DNA from: a virus
Lineage: Duplodnaviria; Heunggongvirae; Uroviricota; Caudoviricetes
DNA: 13,800 nt
Virus record (IMG/VR): IMGVR_UViG_2706794673_000002
Direction: 5' to 3' (one strand)
Positions 1 through 11,216 of the stretch are shown in pieces. Below the pieces are notes generated by a model that had not been told where the DNA came from, did no database searches, and saw only the letters and a list, made by a program, of their open reading frames with translations. Position 1 is the stretch's first letter. Each line of letters starts with the position of its first letter. The position numbers and the translations under genes were made by a program.

Positions 1-2
1 GG

Positions 3-212
3 TTATCGCTCGCCACGGGAATATCTGCGGCAGCGGGCTTGTAATGGGTTAAGTGATAACAGATGTCTGGAAATATAGGGGCAAATCCAATCGTCGCCGT
101 ATTCCCGTATTAACAGAGACCGTAGCCCGACGGGGAACTCCTTCTGCGCGAGTGTGCGGGAATAATCAAAAACGATGCACACCGGGGTTACCGGGTACAC
201 ATATTTCATCAT
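3..212 (-). CDS. hypothetical small protein (69 aa)
   Basis: Complete ORF with double-ATG start at 212/209 and TAA stop at 3-5. No convincing Shine-Dalgarno and no family recognised. Fully overlapped by an arginine-rich plus-strand ORF (53..256) that looks less protein-like. Confidence 0.25.
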   Translation of the reverse strand: MMKYVYPVTPVCIVFDYSRTLAQKEFPVGLRSLLIREYGDDWICPYISRHLLSLNPLQARCRRYSRGER

Positions 213-257
213 GCCAGCGAGTCCGGTTCTGGCACGGAAGAAACCGGACGTTATGAT

Positions 258-683
258 TTAGTGCGGAAATATTTGTGTAGTGTTCTGTATGTTCTCAGTA
301 AAGAGTAATGAATTATCAAAGGTATAGTAATACCTTTTGTTTTCGTGGATATTTGTAATCCATCTGAAAACCCCTGCTGTAGCAAGATTTTTCCTGTATT
401 CGTAAAATGATAACTCTCCTGATTTGAATCCTTTTAAGGTGGCTTCTATAAGGCATTTATTTTTTGAAAATCTTACATTTACAACCTTACCCTGTCCTTT
501 TATTAAAACCGTATTATCGTTTTCAAGAACAAGATGAATATTCTCTGTGGCTAAATAGTAAATGTAATGTGAGACATTGTGACGTTTTAGTTCAGAATAA
601 AACCAGTGATAGTTTAAATTATTTCGCACTTTATCGAATATTTGTTTAAAAATGGCAACCTGAGCCATTGTAGTACCTTCCAT
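258..683 (-). CDS. hypothetical protein, AT-rich accessory gene (136-141 aa); possibly DUF1398/YdfO-YbcV-like
   Basis: Long minus-strand ORF in a region of about 30-35% GC in sampled 60-nt blocks, versus about 55% in the structural genes. The second in-frame ATG (668-666) has a GGAAGG Shine-Dalgarno about 8 nt upstream, so the likely CDS is 258..668 (136 aa). No transmembrane stretch or catalytic motif recognised. Family assignment is from recalled gene order in E. coli lambdoid prophages, not from a search. Confidence 0.6.
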   Translation of the reverse strand: MEGTTMAQVAIFKQIFDKVRNNLNYHWFYSELKRHNVSHYIYYLATENIHLVLENDNTVLIKGQGKVVNVRFSKNKCLIEATLKGFKSGELSFYEYRKNLATAGVFRWITNIHENKRYYYTFDNSLLFTENIQNTTQIFPH

Positions 684-725
684 GTGATATGAGGGGGCGT
701 AGTCTGCACGATTATCTAAATTGCT

Positions 726-959
726 TCAATCTGGTCTAACCTGTTTTCTGAGCAATTCAGTAATGTCACTCTTTTCTTTGTTTGCTTCAGGCGAAACTCT
801 TTTTTCTGAGCACAGTCTCCGGCGGCAGGCTTCAATGACCCAGGCTGAGAAATTCCCGGACCCTTTTTGAACAAGAGCGATGTTAATTTGTTCAATCATT
901 TGGTTAGGAAAGCGGATGTTGCGGGTTGTTGTTCTGCGGGTTCTGTTCTTCGTTGACAT
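726..959 (-). CDS. small ribbon-helix-helix-like DNA-binding protein (77 aa); possibly YnfO/YlcI-like
   Basis: Minus-strand ORF whose N-terminal region RNIRFPNQ-MIEQINIALVQKG-SGNFSAWVIEACRRRL follows the strand-helix-helix pattern of Arc/MetJ/CopG proteins. Lies 42 nt (57 nt if the 668 start is used) upstream of the 258..683 gene on the same strand. Weak AGGG Shine-Dalgarno-like element upstream of the ATG. Confidence 0.6.
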   Translation of the reverse strand: MSTKNRTRRTTTRNIRFPNQMIEQINIALVQKGSGNFSAWVIEACRRRLCSEKRVSPEANKEKSDITELLRKQVRPD

Positions 960-1099
960 GAGGTTGCCCTGTATTCAGTGTCGCTGATTTGTATTGTCTG
1001 AAGTTGTTTTTACGTTAAGTTGATGCAGATCAATTAATACGATACCTGCGTCATAATTGATTATTTGACGTGGTTTGATGGCGTAGATGCACGTTGTGA

Positions 1100-1330
1100 C
1101 ATGTAGATGATAATTATTATCATTTTGCGGGTCCTTTCCGGCGATCCGACAGGTTACGGGGCGGAAGGCGCGCGGGTTTTCGCTATTTATGACAATTTTC
1201 CGGTTTAAGGCGTTTCCGTTCTTCTTCGCCGTAACCTAATGTTTTTATTTAAAACACCCCCTGAAAAGAAAGGAAACGACAGGTGCTGAAAACGGGCTTT
1301 TTGGCCTCTGTCGTTTCCTTTCTCTGTTTT
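1100..1330. other. cos: cos region (cosQ side, cosN, cosB)
   Basis: Sequence ...gcgggtcctttccggcgatccgacaggttacg | gggcgg...cgcgggttttcgctatttatga... matches the lambda right-end/left-end junction as I recall it. Three CGTTTCC-type Nu1-binding repeats at 1211-1217 (+), 1272-1278 (inverted) and 1312-1318 (+) correspond to R3, R2 and R1, with an A/T-rich IHF-like tract between R3 and R2, immediately upstream of nu1. Confidence 0.85.
1159..1170. other. cosN: cosN 12-nt cohesive-end segment (GGGCGGAAGGCG)
   Basis: Position equivalent to the lambda 12-nt 5' overhang GGGCGGCGACCT, flanked by conserved acaggttacg and cgcgggttttcg. Six of twelve bases differ from the lambda sequence as recalled. Confidence 0.7.
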
Positions 1331-1347
1331 TGTCCGTGGAATGAACA

Positions 1348-1867
1348 ATGGAAGTCAACAAAAAGCAGCTGGCTGACATTTTCGGTGCGAGTATCCGTAC
1401 CATTCAGAACTGGCAGGAACAGGGAATGCCCGTTCTGCGAGGCGGTGGCAAGGGTAATGAGGTGCTTTATGACTCTGCCGCCGTTATAAGATGGTATGCC
1501 GAAAGGGATGCTGAAATTGAGAACGAAAAGCTGCGCCGGGAAGTTGAAGAACTGCGGCAGGCCAGCGAGACAGATCTCCAGCCAGGGACTATTGAGTACG
1601 AACGCCATCGACTTACGCGTGCGCAGGCCGACGCACAGGAGCTGAAAAATGCCAGAGACTCCGCTGAAGTGGTGGAAACCGCATTCTGTACTTTCGTGCT
1701 GTCGCGGATCGCAGGTGAAATTGCCAGTATTCTCGACGGGATCCCCCTGTCGGTGCAGCGGCGTTTTCCGGAACTGGAAAACCGACATGTTGATTTCCTG
1801 AAACGGGATATCATCAAAGCCATGAACAAAGCAGCCGCGCTGGATGAACTGATACCGGGGTTGCTGA

Positions 1868-1893
<26 letters not shown>
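1348..1893 (+). CDS. nu1: terminase small subunit Nu1 (181 aa)
   Basis: Protein MEVNKKQLADIFGASIRTIQNWQEQGMPVLRGGGKGNEV... is near-identical to lambda gpNu1 with a few substitutions. Same length as lambda, sits directly downstream of the cosB R sites, TAA stop at 1891-1893. Confidence 0.97.
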
Positions 1894-5576
<3,683 letters not shown>

Positions 5577-5596
<20 letters not shown>

Positions 5597-6657
5597 TCTC
5601 CCGCATATTGCCAGCATGGCTTTTAATGAGCCGCTGATGCTTGAACCCGCCTATGCGCGGGTTTTCTTTTGTGCGCTTGCAGGCCAGCTTGGGATCAGCT
5701 GCCTGACGGATGCAGTATCCGGCGACAGCCTGACTGCCGGAGAGGCACCCGCGGCGCTGGCGTTATCCGGTGATGATGACGGACCACGACAGGCCCGCAG
5801 TTATCAGGTAATGAACGGCATCGCCGTGCTGCCGGTGTCCGGCACGCTGGTCAGCCGGACGCGGGCGCTGCAGCCGTACTCGGGGATGACCGGTTACAAC
5901 GGCATTATCGCCCGTCTGCAACAGGCTGCCAGCGACCCGATGGTGGACGGCATTCTGCTCGATATGGACACACCGGGCGGAATGGTGGCGGGAGCATTTG
6001 ACTGCGCTGACATCATCGCCCGTGTGCGTGACATAAAGCCGGTATGGGCGCTGGCCAATGACATGAACTGCAGCGCAGGTCAGCTGCTTGCCAGTGCCGC
6101 CTCCCGGCGTCTGGTCACGCAGACCGCCCGGACAGGCTCCATCGGCGTCATGATGGCTCACAGTAATTACGGCGCTGCACTGGAGAAACAGGGCGTGGAA
6201 ATCACGCTGATTTACAGCGGCAGCCATAAGGTGGATGGCAACCCCTACAGCCATCTACCGGATGATGTCCGGGAAACATTGCAGTCCCGGATGGATGCAA
6301 CCCGCCGGATGTTTGCACAGAAGGTGTCGGCATATACCGGCCTGTCCGTGCAGGCTGTGCTGGATACCGAGGCTGCAGTGTACAGCGGTCAGGAGGCCAT
6401 TGATGCCGGACTGGCTGATGAACTTGTTAACAGTACCGATGCGATCACCGTCATGCGTGATGCACTGGATGCACGTAAATCCCGTCTCTCAGGAGGGCGA
6501 ATGACCAAAGAGACTCAATCAACAACTGTTTCAGCCACTGCTTCGCAGGCTGACGTTACTGGCGTGGTGCAAGCGACGGAGGGCGAGAACGCCAGCGCGG
6601 CGCAGCCGGACGTGAACGCGCAGATCACCGCAGCGGTTGCGGCAGAAAACAGTCGCA
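5577..6657 (+). CDS. C: head maturation protease/scaffold C, 3' end masked
   Basis: GTG start at 5577 with GAGGAGG about 8 nt upstream, overlapping the B 3' end by 20 nt as in lambda. VTAELRNLPHIASMAFNEPLMLEPAYARVFF... matches lambda gpC. The ORF runs into the N block at 6658; expected end is near 6896 if collinear with lambda. Confidence 0.92.
6291..6657 (+). CDS. nu3: scaffolding protein Nu3 (internal in-frame start within C), 3' end masked
   Basis: In-frame ATG at 6291 (MDATRRMFAQKVS...), 714 nt downstream of the C start, the same offset as lambda nu3 relative to C. Confidence 0.8.
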
Positions 6658-6905
6658 NNNNNNNNNNNNNNNNNNNNNNNNNNNNNNNNNNNNNNNNNNN
6701 NNNNNNNNNNNNNNNNNNNNNNNNNNNNNNNNNNNNNNNNNNNNNNNNNNNNNNNNNNNNNNNNNNNNNNNNNNNNNNNNNNNNNNNNNNNNNNNNNNNN
6801 NNNNNNNNNNNNNNNNNNNNNNNNNNNNNNNNNNNNNNNNNNNNNNNNNNNNNNNNNNNNNNNNNNNNNNNNNNNNNNNNNNNNNNNNNNNNNNNNNNNN
6901 NNNNN
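6658..6905. other. masked or unsequenced block (248 N) covering the C/nu3 3' end and D start
   Basis: Run of N directly visible in the sequence. Confidence 1.
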
Positions 6906-7232
6906 AGCAAAGAAACCTTTACCCATTACCAGCCGCTGGGCAATAGTGACCCGGCTCATACCGCAACCGCGCCCGGCGGATTGAGTGCGAAAGCGCCTGC
7001 AATGACCCCGCTGATGCTGGACACCTCCACCCGTAAGCTGGTTGCGTGGGATGGCACCACCGACGGTGCTGCCGTTGGCATTCTTGCGGTTGCTGCTGAC
7101 CAGACCAGCACCACACTGACGTTCTACAAGTCCGGCACGTTCCGTTATGAGGATGTGCTCTGGCCGGAGGCTGCCAGCGACGAGACGAAAAAACGGACCG
7201 TGTTTGCCGGAACGGCAATCAGCATCGTTTAA
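6906..7232 (+). CDS. D: head decoration protein D, first two codons masked
   Basis: [41 protein letters not shown]...[11 protein letters not shown] matches lambda gpD residues 3-110. Inferred start at 6900 lies inside the N block. TAA stop at 7230-7232. Confidence 0.93.
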   Translation, partial: SKETFTHYQPLGNSDPAHTATAPGGLSAKAPAMTPLMLDTSTRKLVAWDGTTDGAAVGILAVAADQTSTTLTFYKSGTFRYEDVLWPEAASDETKKRTVFAGTAISIV

Positions 7233-7249
7233 CTTTACCCTTCATCACT

Positions 7250-7274
7250 AAAGGCCGCCTGTGTGGCTTTTTTT
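7250..7274 (+). terminator. stem-loop followed by T-run in the D-E intergenic region
   Basis: aaaggcc-gcctgtgt-ggctttt followed by further T residues: a 7-bp stem with one G-U pair and an 8-nt loop, then a T tract. Sits 14 nt upstream of the E start. Could be a weak terminator or an RNA-stability or translation element. Confidence 0.3.
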
Positions 7275-7287
7275 ACGGGATTTTTTT

Positions 7288-8313
7288 ATGTCGATGTACA
7301 CAACCGCCCAGCTGCTGGCGGCAAATGAGCAGAAATTTAAGTTTGATCCGCTGTTTCTGCGTCTCTTTTTCCGTGAGAGCTATCCCTTCACTACGGAGAA
7401 AGTCTATCTCTCACAAATTCCGGGACTGGTAAACATGGCGCTGTACGTTTCGCCGATTGTTTCCGGTGAGGTTATCCGTTCCCGTGGCGGCTCCACCTCT
7501 GAATTTACGCCGGGATATGTCAAACCCAAGCATGAGGTGAATCCGCAGATGACCCTGCGTCGCCTGCCGGATGAAGATCCGCAGAATCTGGCGGACCCGG
7601 CTTACCGCCGCCGTCGCATCATCATGCAGAACATGCGTGACGAAGAGCTGGCCATTGCTCAGGTCGAAGAGATGCAGGCAGTTTCTGCCGTGCTCAAGGG
7701 CAAATACACCATGACCGGTGAAGCCTTCGATCCGGTTGAGGTGGATATGGGCCGCAGTGCGGCGAACAACATCACACAGTCCGGCGTCACGGAGTGGAGC
7801 AAGCGTGACAAGTCCACGTATGACCCGACCGACGATATCGAAGCCTACGCGCTGAACGCCAGCGGTGTGGTGAATATCATCGTGTTTGACCCGAAAGGCT
7901 GGGCGCTGTTCCGTTCCTTCAAAGCCGTCAAGGAGAAGCTGGATACCCGTCGCGGCTCTCATTCCGAGCTGGAGACAGCGGTAAAAGACCTGGGCAAAGC
8001 GGTGTCCTATAAGGGAATGTATGGCGATGTGGCCATCGTCGTGTATTCCGGACAGTACGTGGAAAACGGCGTCAAAAAGAACTTCCTGCCGGACAACACG
8101 ATGGTGCTGGGGAACACTCAGGCTCGCGGTCTGCGCACCTATGGCTGCATTCAGGATGCGGACGCACAGCGCGAAGGCATTAACGCTTCTGCCCGTTACC
8201 CGAAAAACTGGGTGACCACCGGCGATCCGGCGCGTGAGTTCACCATGATTCAGTCAGCACCGCTGATGCTGCTGGCTGATCCTGATGAGTTCGTGTCCGT
8301 TCAACTGGCGTAA
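7288..8313 (+). CDS. E: major capsid protein E (341 aa)
   Basis: From ATG at 7288, MSMYTTAQLLAANEQKFKFDPLFLRLFFRESYPFTTEKVYLSQIPGLVNMALYV... matches lambda gpE at the same 341-aa length. The six-frame track extends upstream to a GTG at 7261, which I reject. Confidence 0.97.
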   Translation: MSMYTTAQLLAANEQKFKFDPLFLRLFFRESYPFTTEKVYLSQIPGLVNMALYVSPIVSGEVIRSRGGSTSEFTPGYVKPKHEVNPQMTLRRLPDEDPQNLADPAYRRRRIIMQNMRDEELAIAQVEEMQAVSAVLKGKYTMTGEAFDPVEVDMGRSAANNITQSGVTEWSKRDKSTYDPTDDIEAYALNASGVVNIIVFDPKGWALFRSFKAVKEKLDTRRGSHSELETAVKDLGKAVSYKGMYGDVAIVVYSGQYVENGVKKNFLPDNTMVLGNTQARGLRTYGCIQDADAQREGINASARYPKNWVTTGDPAREFTMIQSAPLMLLADPDEFVSVQLA

Positions 8314-8354
8314 TCATGGCCCTTCGGGGCCATTTTCTCTCTGTGGAGGAGTTC

Positions 8355-8753
8355 ATGACGAAAGATGAACTGATTGCCCGTCTTCAGGAGCTGGGTGAGC
8401 AATTGAACCGCGATGTCAGTTTGACGGGAACGAAAGAAGAACTGGCGCTTCGTGTGGCAGAGCTGGAAGAAGAGCTTGATGACACGGATGAAACTGCCGG
8501 TCAGGACACCCCTCTCAGCCGGGAAAATGTGCTGACCGGGCATGAAAATGAGGTGGTATCAGCGCAGCCGGATACCGTGATTCAGGATACGGCTGAACTG
8601 GTCACGGTCGTGGCACTGGTGACGCTGCATACTGATGCACTTCACGCCACGCGGGATAAACCTGTGGCATTTGTGCTGCCGGGAACGGCGTTTCGTGTCT
8701 CTGCCGGTGTGGCAGCCGAAATGACAGAGCGCGGCCTGGCCAGAATGCAATAA
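8355..8753 (+). CDS. FI: head assembly/DNA packaging protein FI (132 aa)
   Basis: ATG at 8355 with GGAGGA Shine-Dalgarno. MTKDELIARLQELGEQLNRDVSLTGTKEELALRVAELEEELDDTDE... matches lambda gpFI. Confidence 0.95.
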   Translation: MTKDELIARLQELGEQLNRDVSLTGTKEELALRVAELEEELDDTDETAGQDTPLSRENVLTGHENEVVSAQPDTVIQDTAELVTVVALVTLHTDALHATRDKPVAFVLPGTAFRVSAGVAAEMTERGLARMQ

Positions 8754-8764
8754 CGGGAGGCGCT

Positions 8765-9118
8765 GTGGCTGATTTCGATAACCTGTTCGATGCTGCCATT
8801 GCCCGCGCCGATGAAACGATACGCGGGTACATGGGAACGTCAGCCACCATGACATCCGGTGAGCAGTCAGGTGCGGTGATACGTGGTGTTTTTGATGACC
8901 CTGAAAATATCAGCTATGCCGGACAGGGCGTGCGCGTTGAAGGCTCCAGCCCGTCCCTGTTTGTCCGGACTGATGAGGTGCGGCAGCTGCGGCGTGGAGA
9001 CACGCTGACCATCGGTGAGGAAAATTTCTGGGTAGATCGGGTTTCGCCGGATGATGGCGGAAGTTGTCATCTCTGGCTTGGACGGGGCGTACCGCCTGCC
9101 GTTAACCGTCGCCGCTGA
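8765..9118 (+). CDS. FII: head completion protein FII (117 aa)
   Basis: GTG start at 8765 with GGGAGG Shine-Dalgarno. MADFDNLFDAAIARADETIRGYMGTSAT... matches lambda gpFII at the same length. Confidence 0.95.
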   Translation: MADFDNLFDAAIARADETIRGYMGTSATMTSGEQSGAVIRGVFDDPENISYAGQGVRVEGSSPSLFVRTDEVRQLRRGDTLTIGEENFWVDRVSPDDGGSCHLWLGRGVPPAVNRRR

Positions 9119-9129
9119 AAGGGGGATGT

Positions 9130-9708
9130 ATGGCCATAAAAGGTCTTGAGCAGGCCGTTGAAAACCTCAGCCGTATCAGCAAAACGGCGGTGCCCGGTGC
9201 CGCCGCAATGGCCATTAACCGCGTTGCTTCATCCGCGATATCGCAGTCTGCGTCACAGGTTGCCCGTGAGACAAAGGTACGCCGGAAACTGGTAAAGGAA
9301 AGGGCCAGGCTGAAAAGGGCCACGGTCAAAAATCCGCAGGCCAGAATCAAAGTTAACCGGGGGGATTTGCCCGTAATCAAGCTGGGTAATGCGCGGGTTG
9401 TCCTGTCCCGCCGCAGGCGTCATAAAAAGGGGCAGCGTTCATCCCTGAAAGGTGGCGGCAGCGTGCTTGTGGTGGGTAACCGTCGTATTCCCGGCGCGTT
9501 TATTCAGCAACTGAAAAACGGCCGGTGGCATGTTATGCAGCGTGTGGCCGGGAAAAACCGTTACCCCATTGATGTGGTGAAAATCCCGATGGCGGTGCCG
9601 CTGACCACGGCGTTTAAACAGAATATTGAACGGATACGGCGTGAACGTCTTCCGAAAGAGCTGGGCTATGCGCTGCAGCATCAACTGAGAATGGTAATAA
9701 AGCGATGA
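9130..9708 (+). CDS. Z: tail completion protein Z (192 aa)
   Basis: MAIKGLEQAVENLSRISKTAVPGAAAMAINRVASSAISQSASQVARETK... matches lambda gpZ at the same length. Confidence 0.95.
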   Translation: MAIKGLEQAVENLSRISKTAVPGAAAMAINRVASSAISQSASQVARETKVRRKLVKERARLKRATVKNPQARIKVNRGDLPVIKLGNARVVLSRRRRHKKGQRSSLKGGGSVLVVGNRRIPGAFIQQLKNGRWHVMQRVAGKNRYPIDVVKIPMAVPLTTAFKQNIERIRRERLPKELGYALQHQLRMVIKR

Positions 9709-10100
9709 AACATACTGAACTCCGTGCAGCCGTACTGGATGCACTGGAGAAGCATGACACCGGGGCGACGCTTTTTGATGGTCGCCCCGCTGTTTTTGAT
9801 GAGGAAGATTTTCCGGCAATTGCCGTTTATCTCACCGGCGCTGAATACACGGGCGAAGAGCTGGACAGCGATACCTGGCAGGCGGAGCTGCATATTGAAG
9901 TTTTCCTGCCTGCTCAGGTGCCGGATTCAGAGCTGGATTCGTGGATGGAGTCCCGGATTTATCCTGTGATGAGCGATATCCCGGCACTGTCAGATTTGAT
10001 CACCAGTATGGTGGCCAGCGGCTATGACTACCGGCGCGACGATGATGCGGGCCTGTGGAGTTCAGCCGATCTGACTTATGTCATTATCTATGAAATGTGA
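9705..10100 (+). CDS. U: tail terminator protein U (131 aa)
   Basis: [54 protein letters not shown]... matches lambda gpU. ATGA overlap with the Z stop. Confidence 0.96.
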   Translation: MKHTELRAAVLDALEKHDTGATLFDGRPAVFDEEDFPAIAVYLTGAEYTGEELDSDTWQAELHIEVFLPAQVPDSELDSWMESRIYPVMSDIPALSDLITSMVASGYDYRRDDDAGLWSSADLTYVIIYEM

Positions 10101-10107
10101 GGACGCT

Positions 10108-10674
10108 ATGCCTGTACCAAATCCTACAATGCCGGTGAAAGGTGCCGGGACCACCCTGTGGGTTTATAAGGGGAGCGGTGACCCTTATGCGAACCCGCTT
10201 TCAGACGTTGACTGGTCGCGTCTGGCAAAAGTTAAAGACCTGACGCCCGGCGAACTGACCGCTGAGTCCTATGACGACAGCTATCTCGATGATGAAGATG
10301 CAGACTGGACTGCGACCGGGCAGGGGCAGAAATCTGCCGGAGATACCAGCTTCACGCTGGCGTGGATGCCCGGAGAGCAGGGGCAGCAGGCGCTGCTGGC
10401 GTGGTTTAATGAAGGTGATACCCGTGCCTATAAAATCCGCTTCCCGAACGGCACGGTCGATGTGTTCCGTGGCTGGGTCAGCAGTATCGGTAAGGCGGTG
10501 ACGGCGAAGGAGGTGATTACCCGCACGGTGAAGGTCACCAATGTGGGACGTCCGTCGATGGCAGAAGATCGCAGCACGGTGACGGCGACGACCGGCATGA
10601 CGGTGACACCCGCCAGTGCTTCCGTGCGGTGTCTGCGGATAAAACAAAAGCCACCGTGTCGGTCAGTGGTATGA
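10108..10674 (+). CDS. V: major tail tube protein V, N-terminal tube domain intact, C-terminal Ig-like domain disrupted
   Basis: ATG at 10108 with GAGG Shine-Dalgarno. [42 protein letters not shown]...TVTPAS matches lambda gpV to about residue 160. The ORF then leaves the lambda frame and ends after an unrelated 20-aa tail ([18 protein letters not shown]), giving 188 aa from this start against 246 in lambda. Confidence 0.85.
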   Translation: MPVPNPTMPVKGAGTTLWVYKGSGDPYANPLSDVDWSRLAKVKDLTPGELTAESYDDSYLDDEDADWTATGQGQKSAGDTSFTLAWMPGEQGQQALLAWFNEGDTRAYKIRFPNGTVDVFRGWVSSIGKAVTAKEVITRTVKVTNVGRPSMAEDRSTVTATTGMTVTPASASVRCLRIKQKPPCRSVV

Positions 10675-10778
10675 CCATCACCGTGAAAGGTGTTGCTGCA
10701 GGCAAGGTCAACATTCCGGTCGTATCTGGTAATGGTGAGTTTGCTGCGGTTGCAGAAATCAACGTCACCGCCAGTTAA
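10623..10778 (+). pseudogene. V: out-of-frame remnant of the gpV C-terminal Ig-like domain
   Basis: A different frame encodes [51 protein letters not shown] followed by a stop, matching the last about 50 aa of lambda gpV. About 25 residues of lambda gpV between TVTPAS and RAVSADK are missing, and the joint is shifted by 1 nt. Confidence 0.8.
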
Positions 10779-10793
10779 TCCGGAGAGTCAGCG

Positions 10794-11216
10794 ATGTTCC
10801 TGAAAACCGAATCATTTGAACATAACGGTGTGACCGTCACGCTTTCTGAACTGTCAGCCCTGCAGCGTATTGAGCATCTCGACCTGATGAAACGGCAGGC
10901 AGAACAGGCGGAGTCAGACAGCAACCGGAAGTTTACTGTGGAAGACGCCATCAGAACCGGCGCTTTTGTGGTTGCGATGTCCCTGTGGCATAACCATCCG
11001 AAGAAGACGCAGATGCCGTCCATGAATGAAGCCGTTAAACAGATTGAGCAGGAAGTGCTTACCACCTGGCCCACAGAGGCAATTTCTCATGCTGAAAACG
11101 TGGTGTACCGGCTGTCCGGTATGTATGAGTTTGTGGTGAATGATGCTCCTGAACAGGCAGAGGACGCCGGGCCTGCAGAGCCTGTTTCTGCGGGAAAGTG
11201 TTCGACGGTGAGCTGA
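10794..11216 (+). CDS. G: tail assembly chaperone G (140 aa)
   Basis: MFLKTESFEHNGVTVTLSELSALQRIEHLDLMKRQAEQAESDSNRKF... matches lambda gpG at the same length. GGAGAG Shine-Dalgarno upstream. Confidence 0.96.
   Translation: MFLKTESFEHNGVTVTLSELSALQRIEHLDLMKRQAEQAESDSNRKFTVEDAIRTGAFVVAMSLWHNHPKKTQMPSMNEAVKQIEQEVLTTWPTEAISHAENVVYRLSGMYEFVVNDAPEQAEDAGPAEPVSAGKCSTVS

Noticed and set aside
464-649. 61-aa plus-strand ORF inside the AT-rich region
   Set aside because: Entirely antisense to the longer 258..683 ORF, with no ribosome-binding site; AT-rich DNA produces short ORFs by chance less often, but this one is wholly nested, so I favour the longer gene.
1249-1829. Minus-strand ORFs 1249..1788 and 1467..1829, and plus-strand ORF 1283..1489, overlapping cosB and nu1
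   Set aside because: They overlap the cos protein-binding sites and the strongly supported nu1 gene. The low-complexity translations are typical of antisense reading.
5763-7218. Minus-strand ORFs 5763..6254 and 6919..7218 and plus-strand ORF 6235..6504
   Set aside because: They lie within the C/nu3 and D coding sequences; GC-rich shadow ORFs.
7261-7287. Upstream GTG start at 7261 extending E by 9 codons
   Set aside because: It falls inside the intergenic hairpin and T-run. The ATG at 7288 gives the conserved MSMYTTAQ N-terminus and the 341-aa lambda length.
8316-8354. Upstream ATG at 8316 extending FI by 13 codons
   Set aside because: It starts 3 nt after the E stop with no Shine-Dalgarno. 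The ATG at 8355 has a GGAGGA Shine-Dalgarno and gives the conserved MTKDELIARL N-terminus.
10078-10107. Upstream ATG at 10078 extending V by 10 codons
   Set aside because: It lies inside the end of U. The ATG at 10108 has a GAGG Shine-Dalgarno and gives the conserved [11 protein letters not shown]-terminus.
7411-10768. Antisense or alternate-frame ORFs within E, FI, FII, Z, U and V (for example 7411..7962 -, 8021..8215 +, 8559..8855 -, 9102..9380 -, 9439..9819 -, 10201..10647 -, 10271..10501 +, 10535..10768 -)
   Set aside because: Every one overlaps a gene with full-length similarity to a lambda structural protein. None has a convincing start context.
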